DNA from: an uncultured Anaerolineaceae bacterium
GTDB lineage: Bacteria > Chloroflexota > Anaerolineae > Aggregatilineales > Phototrophicaceae
DNA: 64,000 nucleotides
Direction: 5' to 3'
Assembly (NCBI GenBank): GCA_964457835.1
Contig: CAYWGJ010000006.1
Span: 402-64,401 of the forward strand
Shown here: piece after piece, positions 17,674-26,244 of the stretch
How the letters are laid out: each line of letters begins with the position of its first letter
How positions within the stretch are numbered: position 1 is the stretch's first letter
Notes under the pieces: generated by a model
What the model was told of the DNA's origin: nothing
What the model saw: the letters and a program-made list of their open reading frames with translations, nothing else
The model's database searches: none
Program-made: the position numbers and the translations under genes

Positions 17674-18234
17674 TTAACTCGCTGAGACTGGTAGGTGGAT
17701 TTTGGCGTACTCAACACCCTTGTCCACGGCGGCCAAGTTGACGTCCAACATGTTGCGGCGGTGAGCCGGGATGTGTGAACCCAAGGCGGCGCGCAGATCG
17801 TCTACGCCGATCACCGGGTTAACCGCCAACACTGCGCTGAGCAGCACCACGTTTGCCAGGCGGATATGGCCGATTTGCTCAGCCAGTTGTGATGCGGGCA
17901 CCGGCAGTGCGGTGATGTCTTCGCGTGTGACCTCACGTTCGATCAGCGAGCTGTTGTAGGCGAACAGGCCGCCCTCTTTCACCTCACCGATGTATTTATC
18001 GAAGGACGGCAGGTTGAACGCGATGGCGTTGCGTGGGTGCCGCACCACCGGCGCACCGATAGGCTGGTCACTGATGACAACGTAGCAGTGCGCTGTGCCA
18101 CCGCGCATCTCCGGGCCGTAAGACGGAATCCAGGTAACCTCCAAGCCCACATCCATAGCGGCATAAGCCAATAGCTGACCGATGAACATCACGCCTTGGC
18201 CGCCAAAACCGGAAAAGACAAATTGATCTTGCAT
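17674..18234 (-). CDS. 2-oxoacid:ferredoxin oxidoreductase, gamma subunit
   Basis: FSGFGGQGVMFIGQLLAYAAM...SYGPEMRGGTA. Last gene of a four-gene delta-alpha-beta-gamma operon. Substrate (2-oxoglutarate, pyruvate or other) cannot be resolved from sequence alone. Confidence 0.85.
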   Translation of the reverse strand: MQDQFVFSGFGGQGVMFIGQLLAYAAMDVGLEVTWIPSYGPEMRGGTAHCYVVISDQPIGAPVVRHPRNAIAFNLPSFDKYIGEVKEGGLFAYNSSLIEREVTREDITALPVPASQLAEQIGHIRLANVVLLSAVLAVNPVIGVDDLRAALGSHIPAHRRNMLDVNLAAVDKGVEYAKIHLPVSAS

Positions 18235-18266
18235 GATAGTTTCTCCTTTTGTCTCGTGGCTGCGGC

Positions 18267-19052
18267 CTACAGGCTCTTCACCGCGTCAATGACTTTGTAA
18301 TCGCCCAGCGGGAAGTACGGTACCATGTCGCTTTCCACCCACTTTAGCGCTTCGACTGGCGTCATGCCCCAGTTAGTCGGGCAGCTTGACAGCAGCTCTA
18401 CCATGCTGAAGCCCAGCCCGGACATCTGTGCCTTTAAGGCGGTAAGGATCGCTTTTTTAGCCTGCTTGACATGGCGCACATCGTGCAGGGAACGCCGCAC
18501 GATGTAAGCAGAGCCATCCAGCTGTGCGAGTACTTCGCTCATGCGCAGTGGATATCCGGCCACGTCCGTGTTGCGGCCAAAGGGGGACGAAGTCGTCTTC
18601 TGACCCGGCAGGGACGTAGGGGCCATTTGTCCGCCTGTCATGCCGTAGATCGCGTTGTTAATGAACACTGTCGTGATGGGTTCACCGCGCCCAGCCGCGT
18701 GCAAGATTTCCGCCGCGCCGATAGAGGCGAGGTCGCCGTCGCCTTGGTAGGTGATGACCAGGTTATTGGGCTGCACACGCTTGATACCGGTTGCCATAGC
18801 CGGGGCGCGACCATGGGCGGCCTCGCAGCCGTCTACTTCAAAGTACTCATAGGCGAATACCGCGCATCCCACCGGGGCCACGATGATCGCTTGTTCACGC
18901 ATTCCCAGTTCGTCTAGGGCTTCCGCCAGCAGGCGATGCGCGATGCCGTGGGTGCAGCCAGGGCAATAATGAGTGTGTACGTCACTCAGGGTTTCGGGCC
19001 GCTGATAAATCACGTCCATAGTGTTGAGTTTCATCTCGTTAATCGCGGTCAT
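18267..19052 (-). CDS. 2-oxoacid:ferredoxin oxidoreductase, beta (TPP-binding) subunit
   Basis: YCPGCTHGIAHRLL...GDGDLASIGAAEILHAA...VFINNAIYGMTGGQ. Confidence 0.9.
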   Translation of the reverse strand: MTAINEMKLNTMDVIYQRPETLSDVHTHYCPGCTHGIAHRLLAEALDELGMREQAIIVAPVGCAVFAYEYFEVDGCEAAHGRAPAMATGIKRVQPNNLVITYQGDGDLASIGAAEILHAAGRGEPITTVFINNAIYGMTGGQMAPTSLPGQKTTSSPFGRNTDVAGYPLRMSEVLAQLDGSAYIVRRSLHDVRHVKQAKKAILTALKAQMSGLGFSMVELLSSCPTNWGMTPVEALKWVESDMVPYFPLGDYKVIDAVKSL

Positions 19053-19067
19053 GTCTGTTGCCCTCCC

Positions 19068-20138
19068 TTAAACCACAGCCTGAAGCTGCTGCATCTGTGC
19101 GGTGATGGCGTCGAAAACTTCGTCCGGCATGGGGACAAAACCGCCCATACGTCCATAGAAGGCCACAGGCACACGGCCTTCGTTGACCAATCGCACGTCT
19201 TCGAGCATCTGCCCGGCATTCATCTCTACCACCAGGATGCGCTTCACGCCTCTGTTGATGAGTTCGCTCAAGCGGCGCTCCGGGTAGGGATACAGGCTCT
19301 GTGGGCGGAAGAGACCCACCTTGTAGCCCCGTTCACGCGCCATTTCCACGGCAGTCTGGGCCACACGCCCAGAGGTGCCATAACCTACAACTAGCAGTTC
19401 AGCGTCTTCGGTGAGGTGTTCAAAACTGCGCTGCTCATTTTCCCGGATTTGGACCAAGCGCGCCTGAATGCGCAGGTTCTCGGCCTCCATGTCTTCTGCT
19501 TTGAGGTACATGGACGTTACCAGGTTGCGCCCACGTGCTTTGGCACCGGTCAGCGCCCAGTCCGGGCGTTTTTTGCTGATCTCACGCATGGGGGGCAGCT
19601 CGGCAGGTTCCATCATCTGGCCGATCTGCCCGTCGGCGGCCAGGATGACCAGGTGTCGGTAGTGGTCTGCCAAGTCAAAGGCCAACACGGTAAAGTCGAT
19701 GGCCTCTTGTACGGAAGCGGGGGCCAGCACGATGGGGTGATAATCCCCGTGCCCGGCGGAGCGCGTTATCTGGAAGTAGTCGGCCTGTGCGGGCAGGATG
19801 TTGCCCAGGCCGGGTCCGCCGCGCATCACGTCCACGACAACGGTAGGCAGGTGGGAGCCAGCGATATAAGAAAGGCCCTCTTGCATCAAGCTGATGCCAG
19901 GGCTGGAGGATGAAGTCATCACTCGTGCACCAGCGGACGCCGCGCCATACACCATGTTAATGGACGCAACTTCGCTTTCCGCTTGTAAGAACACGCGGTC
20001 CAGTTCGATCATGCGTCTGCTCATGTGTTCGAGCAGTTCTGTTTGTGGGGTGATGGGATAGCCGAAGAAAGCTTCTAAGCCGGCCCGGATGGCGGCTTCT
20101 GCAATGGCAACATTACCTTTGAGCATTTCGCGAGTCAT
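19068..20138 (-). CDS. 2-oxoacid:ferredoxin oxidoreductase, alpha subunit
   Basis: [37 protein letters not shown]...[30 protein letters not shown] 20138 is preferred; the ORF-track start 20249 would overlap the delta subunit. Confidence 0.9.
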   Translation of the reverse strand: MTREMLKGNVAIAEAAIRAGLEAFFGYPITPQTELLEHMSRRMIELDRVFLQAESEVASINMVYGAASAGARVMTSSSSPGISLMQEGLSYIAGSHLPTVVVDVMRGGPGLGNILPAQADYFQITRSAGHGDYHPIVLAPASVQEAIDFTVLAFDLADHYRHLVILAADGQIGQMMEPAELPPMREISKKRPDWALTGAKARGRNLVTSMYLKAEDMEAENLRIQARLVQIRENEQRSFEHLTEDAELLVVGYGTSGRVAQTAVEMARERGYKVGLFRPQSLYPYPERRLSELINRGVKRILVVEMNAGQMLEDVRLVNEGRVPVAFYGRMGGFVPMPDEVFDAITAQMQQLQAVV

Positions 20139-20152
20139 ACTTGAGTCTCCCT

Positions 20153-20398
20153 TCATGCCGATGCTGCGGGGGCAGCCGACTTTATCTCGCGGAAGACGGT
20201 GATGACCGCATCGGGGCACATGACGGCGCACAAGCTGCACCCAGTACAAGTGTGATTGGGGTCTACGAGCTTGGCGGGATGGTAGCCTTTAGCGTTGAGC
20301 GCCTCGTCCATGACGATGAGGTCTTTAGGGCAGGCTGTGGTGCACAATTCGCAGCCTTTGCAGCGCTCCGCGTTGATGAGAATGGTTCCCGTTGCCAT
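20153..20398 (-). CDS. 4Fe-4S ferredoxin-type delta subunit of the oxidoreductase
   Basis: Two Cys clusters: [12 protein letters not shown] and [12 protein letters not shown]. Confidence 0.85.
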   Translation of the reverse strand: MATGTILINAERCKGCELCTTACPKDLIVMDEALNAKGYHPAKLVDPNHTCTGCSLCAVMCPDAVITVFREIKSAAPAASA

Positions 20399-20600
20399 AT
20401 AACATCTCCTCTTAACAAAAAACTAATTCTTCGTACACATAGCATAAGGATGTTTCGGCAAAACGGACAGTATAATCTGTCACCTTAGACTGGGTAACAT
20501 GTCATGAGTCGGCTGCGTAAAATCCGCCCTTTAAGGGAAAGGTCAGGCTGTGCTATGATGAAGTTACTCACGAAGCGAGTAAGCAGGGCAACACACAACC

Positions 20601-20649
20601 GGCTGCACCATGCCCCGTAATGAATCAGGCATGGACAGCCTATGTTTTT
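20601..20649 (+). terminator. Terminator/attenuator-like hairpin plus U-tract in the rpmJ leader
   Basis: GGCTG/CAGCC (20601-05 with 20636-40) and CCATGCC/GGCATGG (20608-14 with 20628-34), 12 bp with a small internal loop, followed by TATGTTTTTC. There is no upstream plus-strand gene for it to terminate. Confidence 0.4.
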
Positions 20650-20698
20650 CTGCTAAACTCCACAATCTGTTTGGATTCACATATAGGGGCGAGCAACG

Positions 20699-20812
20699 AT
20701 GAAAGTGTCAACATCCGTCAAGCGCCGCTGCCCCAAGTGCCGCATCATCAAGCGCAACGGGCATGTGATGGTTATTTGTAGTAACCCGAAGCACAAGCAG
20801 CGGCAGGGCTAG
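20699..20812 (+). CDS. rpmJ: 50S ribosomal protein L36
   Basis: Own translation: [37 protein letters not shown]. At 37 aa it is below the ORF-track length cutoff. Confidence 0.93.
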   Translation: MKVSTSVKRRCPKCRIIKRNGHVMVICSNPKHKQRQG

Positions 20813-20824
20813 GAGAAAGCGTCT

Positions 20825-21205
20825 ATGCGTGTAGAAGGTGTAGACCTGCCGCGTAACAAACGAGTCGAAATCGCGCTGACTTATATCTACGGGATTGGTC
20901 GCACGTCCAGCCAGCATATTCTGGACACCGCGGGGGTGGATCGCAACATCCGCGTGCAAGACCTTACCGAAGAACAGCAGGCGCGCATTCGCGAGCAGAT
21001 CGGTAACTATACCATTGAAGGTGACCTGCGCCGCCAGGTGTTAGCCAACATCAAGCGCCTATCAGAAATTGGCGCTTACCGTGGCCTGCGTCACCGCCGC
21101 AATCTGCCAGTCCGCGGTCAGCGGACCCGCACCAATGGGCGCACCCGCCGGGGTGTCAAGAAGACGGTGCCAGGTCGTGGCCGCCGCAAGGGTGGCAAGA
21201 AGTAA
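20825..21205 (+). CDS. rpsM: 30S ribosomal protein S13
   Basis: [29 protein letters not shown]...[22 protein letters not shown]. Confidence 0.95.
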   Translation: MRVEGVDLPRNKRVEIALTYIYGIGRTSSQHILDTAGVDRNIRVQDLTEEQQARIREQIGNYTIEGDLRRQVLANIKRLSEIGAYRGLRHRRNLPVRGQRTRTNGRTRRGVKKTVPGRGRRKGGKK

Positions 21206-21366
21206 GGCCGGTGTTTCTGGCTCGCCCCCCTTTCAGTATGATTGTGTGAACGAGCAGCGTCACGCCGCTCGTTTACTGTATCCCCTGTTCATCTTTAAGA
21301 AGGCGCGCCCTGCTTGCGGTTTCGTGTCAGGGCGTTGCTTAACGTAATGACCTGTTTGGAGGCTGC

Positions 21367-21765
21367 ATGGCACGCGGGAGAAAAGGTGGTCGTCGGACTA
21401 CCAAGAAAGTTGTAAAGAATATCCCATACGGGCAGGCGCACATTTTCGCCACCTTCAACAACACCATCGTTTCCTTGACCGATCAGTCAGGTAATGTGGT
21501 GTCGTGGTCCAGTGCGGGCACGTCGGGCTTCAAGGGCAGCCGCAAGAGCACGCCCTACGCGGCGCGTATGGCCGCGCAGTCGGCATCTGAAGCGGCACAG
21601 GTGCACGGCATGAAAGAAGTCGATGTGTTCGTCAAAGGGCCAGGGCCGGGCCGCGAGGCTGCGATCCGCGCGATCCAGGCTAGTGGTTTGAAAGTGCGTT
21701 CCATCACGGACGTGACCCCTGTTCCGCACAATGGTGTGCGTCCGCCTAAGAAGCGCCGCGTCTAA
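21367..21765 (+). CDS. rpsK: 30S ribosomal protein S11
   Basis: [43 protein letters not shown]...[20 protein letters not shown]. Confidence 0.95.
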   Translation: MARGRKGGRRTTKKVVKNIPYGQAHIFATFNNTIVSLTDQSGNVVSWSSAGTSGFKGSRKSTPYAARMAAQSASEAAQVHGMKEVDVFVKGPGPGREAAIRAIQASGLKVRSITDVTPVPHNGVRPPKKRRV

Positions 21766-21808
21766 CGGACGTGGCATCCCAACACTGGCGGATACCGAGG
21801 AGGTGACG

Positions 21809-22798
21809 GTGATTGCTGGAAGCAACATGGTACTGCCGCACAAGGTGGAAAGTGACGCTGCGACGCGCAACTACGGGCGTTTCATCATTTCCCCTTTGGA
21901 AAGCGGTTACGGACTGACCCTGGGCAACTCGCTGCGTCGGGTGCTGCTGTCTTCGCTGCCTGGGGCGGCGGTGACCAGCTTGCGCGTCTCCGACGTGCAT
22001 CACGAGTTCTCTGCCATCCCTGGGGTGCGCGAGGACATGACCCAGCTGATCCTGCAAGTTAAGCAGCTCCGTCTGACGATGCAGGATGTCGAGTCCGAGC
22101 GCCTGCGCTTGGAACATCGCGGTGAAGGCACGGTCACGGCGGCGGATATTCGCTGTCCGCCCGAAATACAGATCATCAACAGCGACCTGTACCTCTTCAC
22201 CGTAGATGACCCCGACGCGCATCTTGAGATGGAGTTCGAGGTGCGTACTGGGCGCGGGTACAGTCCGGCAGAAGAACGTGGACGCCTGCCCATCGGTGAA
22301 CTGCCGGTGGATGCGATCTTCAGCCCGGTGCGGCGCGTCAACTATGATGTACAGCGTGCCCGCGTGGGCCAACGCACCAACTATGACAAGCTCGTCATTG
22401 AGATTTGGACTGATGGCACCATTCGTCCTGAAGAGGCACTGGGCCAAGCTGGGCAAATTCTCATCAAGCATCTGACCGTCGTCAGCGGCTTGGACGAGCG
22501 GTTCGTCATCGACGACATCATCGATCAGCAGGATGAAAAGCAGCCGGAAGACGACCGCGGGCGTCAGCCGCAGCTTTACGACAAGCTGATCGAAGAACTG
22601 GACCTGAGCGTGCGCGTCTTCAACTCGCTCAAGCGAACTGGCATCACCACCATCGGTGACGTGCTGGATATGCTGGAACGTGGGCAGGATGCGATGCTGG
22701 CGATCCGCAACTTTGGCGAGAAATCGCTGGATGAGCTGATCGACAAGCTCAAGGAAAAGGGCTACTTGAAAGACGAAGAGAACGAGGACGCGGAATAA
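21809..22798 (+). CDS. rpoA: DNA-directed RNA polymerase alpha subunit
   Basis: NTD: YGRFIISPLESGYGLTLGNSLRRVLLSSLPGAAV. CTD: LDLSVRVFNSLKRTGITTIGDV. GTG 21809 lies 5 nt after GGAGG and is preferred; ATG 21827 is the alternative. The ORF-track start 21731 would overlap rpsK. Confidence 0.92.
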   Translation: MIAGSNMVLPHKVESDAATRNYGRFIISPLESGYGLTLGNSLRRVLLSSLPGAAVTSLRVSDVHHEFSAIPGVREDMTQLILQVKQLRLTMQDVESERLRLEHRGEGTVTAADIRCPPEIQIINSDLYLFTVDDPDAHLEMEFEVRTGRGYSPAEERGRLPIGELPVDAIFSPVRRVNYDVQRARVGQRTNYDKLVIEIWTDGTIRPEEALGQAGQILIKHLTVVSGLDERFVIDDIIDQQDEKQPEDDRGRQPQLYDKLIEELDLSVRVFNSLKRTGITTIGDVLDMLERGQDAMLAIRNFGEKSLDELIDKLKEKGYLKDEENEDAE

Positions 22799-22860
22799 GG
22801 TCATGGGTCAAGACCCATAGGCACCGCTCCTCCGCAGCGAGGACCATAACGAGGGCGATC

Positions 22861-23268
22861 ATGCGACATCGCGTAAAAGGTAAAAAGCTCAACCGTAACT
22901 CCGGCCAGCGCAAGGCTCTTCAGATGAACCTGGCGCTGGCGCTGATCCAGAACGAACGTATTAAGACCACCCGTGCCAAAGCAGATTTTGTGCGCGGTCA
23001 TGTCGAGCGCCTGATTACCGTTGCCAAGCGCGGTCTGGCGAAGGCCGAAGCAACCGGTCAAGCTGAGGTGGCTGTTCATGCACGGCGCATTGCGGCCAGC
23101 CGCTTGAACAACGACCGCGTCGTGGTGCAGAAGCTCTTCGATGAGCTGGCCCCCCGTTACGCGGAGCGTGAAGGCGGCTACACGCGCATCCTGAAGCTGG
23201 GACCGCGCAAGGGTGATAATGCCGAAATGGTGCTGCTGGAGCTGGTGGACCGCGAAGAGGTTGTTTAG
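22861..23268 (+). CDS. rplQ: 50S ribosomal protein L17
   Basis: MRHRVKGKKLNRNSGQRKALQMNLALALIQNERIKTT..KA...GGYTRILKLGPRKGDNAEMVLLELV. Confidence 0.95.
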   Translation: MRHRVKGKKLNRNSGQRKALQMNLALALIQNERIKTTRAKADFVRGHVERLITVAKRGLAKAEATGQAEVAVHARRIAASRLNNDRVVVQKLFDELAPRYAEREGGYTRILKLGPRKGDNAEMVLLELVDREEVV

Positions 23269-23271
23269 GCA

Positions 23272-24021
23272 GTGCGTTACCGGGTCACCTTGGCTTACGA
23301 TGGCAGCGCTTATCAGGGCTTCCAACGTCAGCGCGAAGGGGTGCCCACAGTGCAGGCCGCAGTTGAGGCCGCTCTGCGCGTCATAAACGGCCAGCATGTG
23401 TCCATCACTGCGGCAGGCCGCACGGATACGGGCGTTCACGCCGCCGGGCAGGTGATCGCTTTTGACCTGACGTGGACGCACAGTGATGCGGCGCTGCTGC
23501 GGGCGATCAACGCGAACCTGCCTAGCGATATTGCGGTGCGCGATATGGTACAGCAGCCGGGCTTTCATCCGCGTTTTGACGCCTTGAGCCGCCGCTATGC
23601 CTATGTCGTAGTCGGTGCAGCCGTCCCACAGCCCCTGTTAGCGCGTCAGGCTTGGGTGCTGGTTGATGTCGAGCTGCACGTGGCGGCTATGCAGCGAGCA
23701 GCGGGTCTGCTCATCGGCACGCACGACTTTGCAGCGTTGGGTCAGCCGCCACAGGGCACCAATACGCTGCGCACCGTGTTTGCCTCCACATGGACTCAAA
23801 CACCCGCCGTTTGTGACCTGCGTCTGACTTATCGCATTGAGGCGACCGCTTTTCTTCAGCATATGGTGCGTCGCATTGTGGGCGCGTTGGTGCAGGTCGG
23901 GCGTGGCAGCTTAAGTGTATCAGCCTTTGCCGACCTCTTGCATTCACGCGATGTCGCGCGGGCGCGCTGGCTGGCCCCACCCCAGGGACTCATCCTGGAA
24001 CATGTGCGCTATCACAGGTAG
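23272..24021 (+). CDS. truA: tRNA pseudouridine(38-40) synthase
   Basis: RYRVTLAYDGSAYQGFQRQ...ITAAGRTDTGVHAAGQVIAFD...FLQHMVRRIVG. GTG start 3 nt after the rplQ stop. Confidence 0.9.
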   Translation: MRYRVTLAYDGSAYQGFQRQREGVPTVQAAVEAALRVINGQHVSITAAGRTDTGVHAAGQVIAFDLTWTHSDAALLRAINANLPSDIAVRDMVQQPGFHPRFDALSRRYAYVVVGAAVPQPLLARQAWVLVDVELHVAAMQRAAGLLIGTHDFAALGQPPQGTNTLRTVFASTWTQTPAVCDLRLTYRIEATAFLQHMVRRIVGALVQVGRGSLSVSAFADLLHSRDVARARWLAPPQGLILEHVRYHR

Positions 24022-24086
24022 AATATCGACGCTTCTGAGTCGTATTGAGCAGGTGAGGCAGACGCCCACCGGAGGAAAATGTCATC

Positions 24087-24521
24087 ATGAGAATCAAGAC
24101 CTACGTAACCAAACCCGCTGACATCGAACGTCAGTGGTGGGTTGTGGATGCCGAGGGTCAAACGCTGGGGCGTCTCGCTACCAAGATTGCGATGATCCTG
24201 CGCGGCAAACACAAGCCAATTTATTCCCCCCATCTGGACACCGGTGATTACGTGATCGTCGTGAATTGCGACAAGATCGTCGTTACGGGCAAACGCCTTG
24301 ATGAAAAGGAATATCACCGCTATTCGGGCTATCCGGGCGGGCTGCGTTCCGTGACCCTGCGCGAGCAGTTGGCAAAACACCCGGAGCGCGTGATTGAGGC
24401 GGCAGTGCGTGGTATGCTGCCGAAAGGGCCGCTGGGCCGCCAGATGTACCGCAAGCTGAAGGTCTACACGACGGCTGAGCATCCACACGAAGCTCAGCAA
24501 CCCAAAACCCTGGACCTGTAG
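24087..24521 (+). CDS. rplM: 50S ribosomal protein L13
   Basis: [42 protein letters not shown]...[10 protein letters not shown]. Confidence 0.95.
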   Translation: MRIKTYVTKPADIERQWWVVDAEGQTLGRLATKIAMILRGKHKPIYSPHLDTGDYVIVVNCDKIVVTGKRLDEKEYHRYSGYPGGLRSVTLREQLAKHPERVIEAAVRGMLPKGPLGRQMYRKLKVYTTAEHPHEAQQPKTLDL

Positions 24522-24533
24522 GAGGAGAGCTGA

Positions 24534-24929
24534 ATGTCTGCACAGTACTACGAAGGCATTGGCCGTCGCAAGGCCGCCAGCGCCCGCGTCCGCCTGTATC
24601 CAGGGGGCACCGGCAACCTAGTGATTAACGACAAGCCCGGCTCGGATTATCTGCCGCGCCAGGGTGACGTGGATGCACTGCTGGAGCCTTTGCGTGTCAT
24701 CGGCCAGGAAGGCAGCTACGACATCACCGTGCACGTCAACGGCGGCGGCATTAGCGGCCAACGTGACGCGATTAAGCTGGGTGTGGCCCGTGCGCTGCTG
24801 AAGATTGACCCCGATCTGCGCCCGCGCCTCAAGGAGAACAAGTTTCTGACCCGTGACCCGCGCGTCAAGGAGCGGAAAAAGCCTGGTCTCAAGCGTGCGC
24901 GTAAGGCCCCGACTTACACCAAGCGTTAA
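24534..24929 (+). CDS. rpsI: 30S ribosomal protein S9
   Basis: YYEGIGRRKAASARVRLYPGGTG...GGGISGQRDAIKLGVARAL...LTRDPRVKERKKPGLKRARKAPTYTKR. Confidence 0.95.
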   Translation: MSAQYYEGIGRRKAASARVRLYPGGTGNLVINDKPGSDYLPRQGDVDALLEPLRVIGQEGSYDITVHVNGGGISGQRDAIKLGVARALLKIDPDLRPRLKENKFLTRDPRVKERKKPGLKRARKAPTYTKR

Positions 24930-24964
24930 GCGCATATCGCAGCGAGCACGAATACACGTAACCA

Positions 24965-24994
24965 GGCAAGGTCAAGCTGACCTTGCCTTTGTTG
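24965..24994 (+). terminator. Rho-independent terminator after rpsI
   Basis: GGCAAGGTC (24965-24973) pairs with GACCTTGCC (24979-24987) with a 5-nt loop, then TTTGTTG. Confidence 0.7.
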
Positions 24995-24995
24995 C

Positions 24996-26213
24996 TTGCA
25001 GGGATTTGCGCTATGCTCAAGGGCGTCGTGTGAGCATGAAAGGGCAGTGTTTGTGGTCGATCATCTTGTAGGCAGTCAACTGTTTGAGCATGTGCGCGCC
25101 TTAGCAGCGGTGATCGGGCCGCGCCCACCAGGAAGCCGCCAGGAAGCACAGGCACGCCAATACGTGCGCCATGCGCTGGCAGATTTGGGCATAGGGCAAG
25201 CGCAGCTGGAAGAAAGCACCTTCTTCACACCGACGTCGCCAGGGGCATCCGTGGGGCTGTCGGCGGCACTGGGCCTTGGCGCAGCGCTGCTGCCTAAGCG
25301 CGTGGGCGTGTTAGGCGCAGGCATGGCCTTTTTGGGGGCCTTCAACGTGTTGCAGCTCACCCGGATGCGCCGCCAGCCGCTGCTGCCTTTTGTCGCACAA
25401 GCGCAGTCGGCCAACCTTATCGCGCGCATTCCGGCCAGTGGTGAAGTCAAGCGGCGCGTCGTCTTGATCGGGCACTTGGACACCAACCGCCACCGCCTGA
25501 CATTCTCGCCTGAGCTGCGTCCGATGCTGCGCGCGACCTTCAGCGCTGCCATCGGTTTGTCCACGCTGGCTGGAGTCTCGCGGCTTTTCAGTTGGAACTG
25601 GCTGCGGCGGCTCACTAGCTTGAGCATGGTAGCGTCATTGGCGTATCTGGCTGCTGATGAAATGGGCGGTTTTGTGCCGGGGGCCAATGATAATGCCTCG
25701 GCAGTGGCACTGCTGCTGGGTTTGGGTGGGCAGCTCATGGTTGAACCCCTGGTGAACACCGAGGTCTGGCTGGCCTTCACTGGTGCCGAAGAAACGGCTT
25801 GTATCGGGATGCACGCCCTGCTGGACAAACACCGCGAGACCTTAGCCGATGCCTATTTCCTGGATTTTGAGATGGTCGGCGCGGGGGACATCGCGTATGT
25901 GACACACCACAGCGGCTTGTCGCACTTTGCCGACTATGCACCTGATGATGAGTCGCTAGCCTGGGCGGTGGAAACTGCGCGCGACAACCCCGCCTTAGGG
26001 GTGCGTGGTGTGCCGATGACCATTTTTGAAGAGGTCGGCGCACTGCGTGCGCGTGGCTTCCGGGGCCTGTGCTTGGTGGGCGTTGGGTCAGATGGCTGGC
26101 TGGTGAATTGGCATCGCCACAGCGATAATATAGAGCACATTGACCCGCGCGCCTTGGAGCGCACCGCCCGTTTCGCCTGGGCCATGCTGCGTAAGCTGGA
26201 CAGCAAACCCTGA
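24996..26213 (+). CDS. M28-family metallopeptidase (aminopeptidase-like), membrane-associated
   Basis: VVLIGHLDTNRH; ANDNASAVALLLGLG; FTGAEETACIGMHALL; hydrophobic central segments. The start is uncertain: TTG 24996 is the ORF-track start, and in-frame GTGs at 25047/25053 after GAAAGGG look more plausible. Confidence 0.7.
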   Translation: MQGFALCSRASCEHERAVFVVDHLVGSQLFEHVRALAAVIGPRPPGSRQEAQARQYVRHALADLGIGQAQLEESTFFTPTSPGASVGLSAALGLGAALLPKRVGVLGAGMAFLGAFNVLQLTRMRRQPLLPFVAQAQSANLIARIPASGEVKRRVVLIGHLDTNRHRLTFSPELRPMLRATFSAAIGLSTLAGVSRLFSWNWLRRLTSLSMVASLAYLAADEMGGFVPGANDNASAVALLLGLGGQLMVEPLVNTEVWLAFTGAEETACIGMHALLDKHRETLADAYFLDFEMVGAGDIAYVTHHSGLSHFADYAPDDESLAWAVETARDNPALGVRGVPMTIFEEVGALRARGFRGLCLVGVGSDGWLVNWHRHSDNIEHIDPRALERTARFAWAMLRKLDSKP

Positions 26214-26244
26214 GTATTGATAACACGAACGAGAGCATACCGCT

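Noticed and set aside
20504-20620. 38-aa basic ORF (MSRLRKIRPLRERSGCAMMKLLTKRVSRATHNRLHHAP) in the rpmJ leader that could be mistaken for a small ribosomal protein
   Set aside because: There is no Shine-Dalgarno sequence. It uses codons that are rare in this window (TTA, AGG, CGA, GTA), and its third-position GC is only ~59% by my count. It resembles no r-protein I know. The region is more likely non-coding leader RNA.
21766-21808. Absence of rpsD between rpsK and rpoA as evidence of gene loss
   Set aside because: rpsD is unlinked from this operon in many bacteria, Bacillus for example, so its absence here is not anomalous in itself. It is noted only as context.
21746-22804. 352-aa minus-strand ORF
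   Set aside because: It is fully antisense to rpoA. Its composition is Arg/His/Val-rich and low-complexity, as expected from reading a GC-rich gene backwards.
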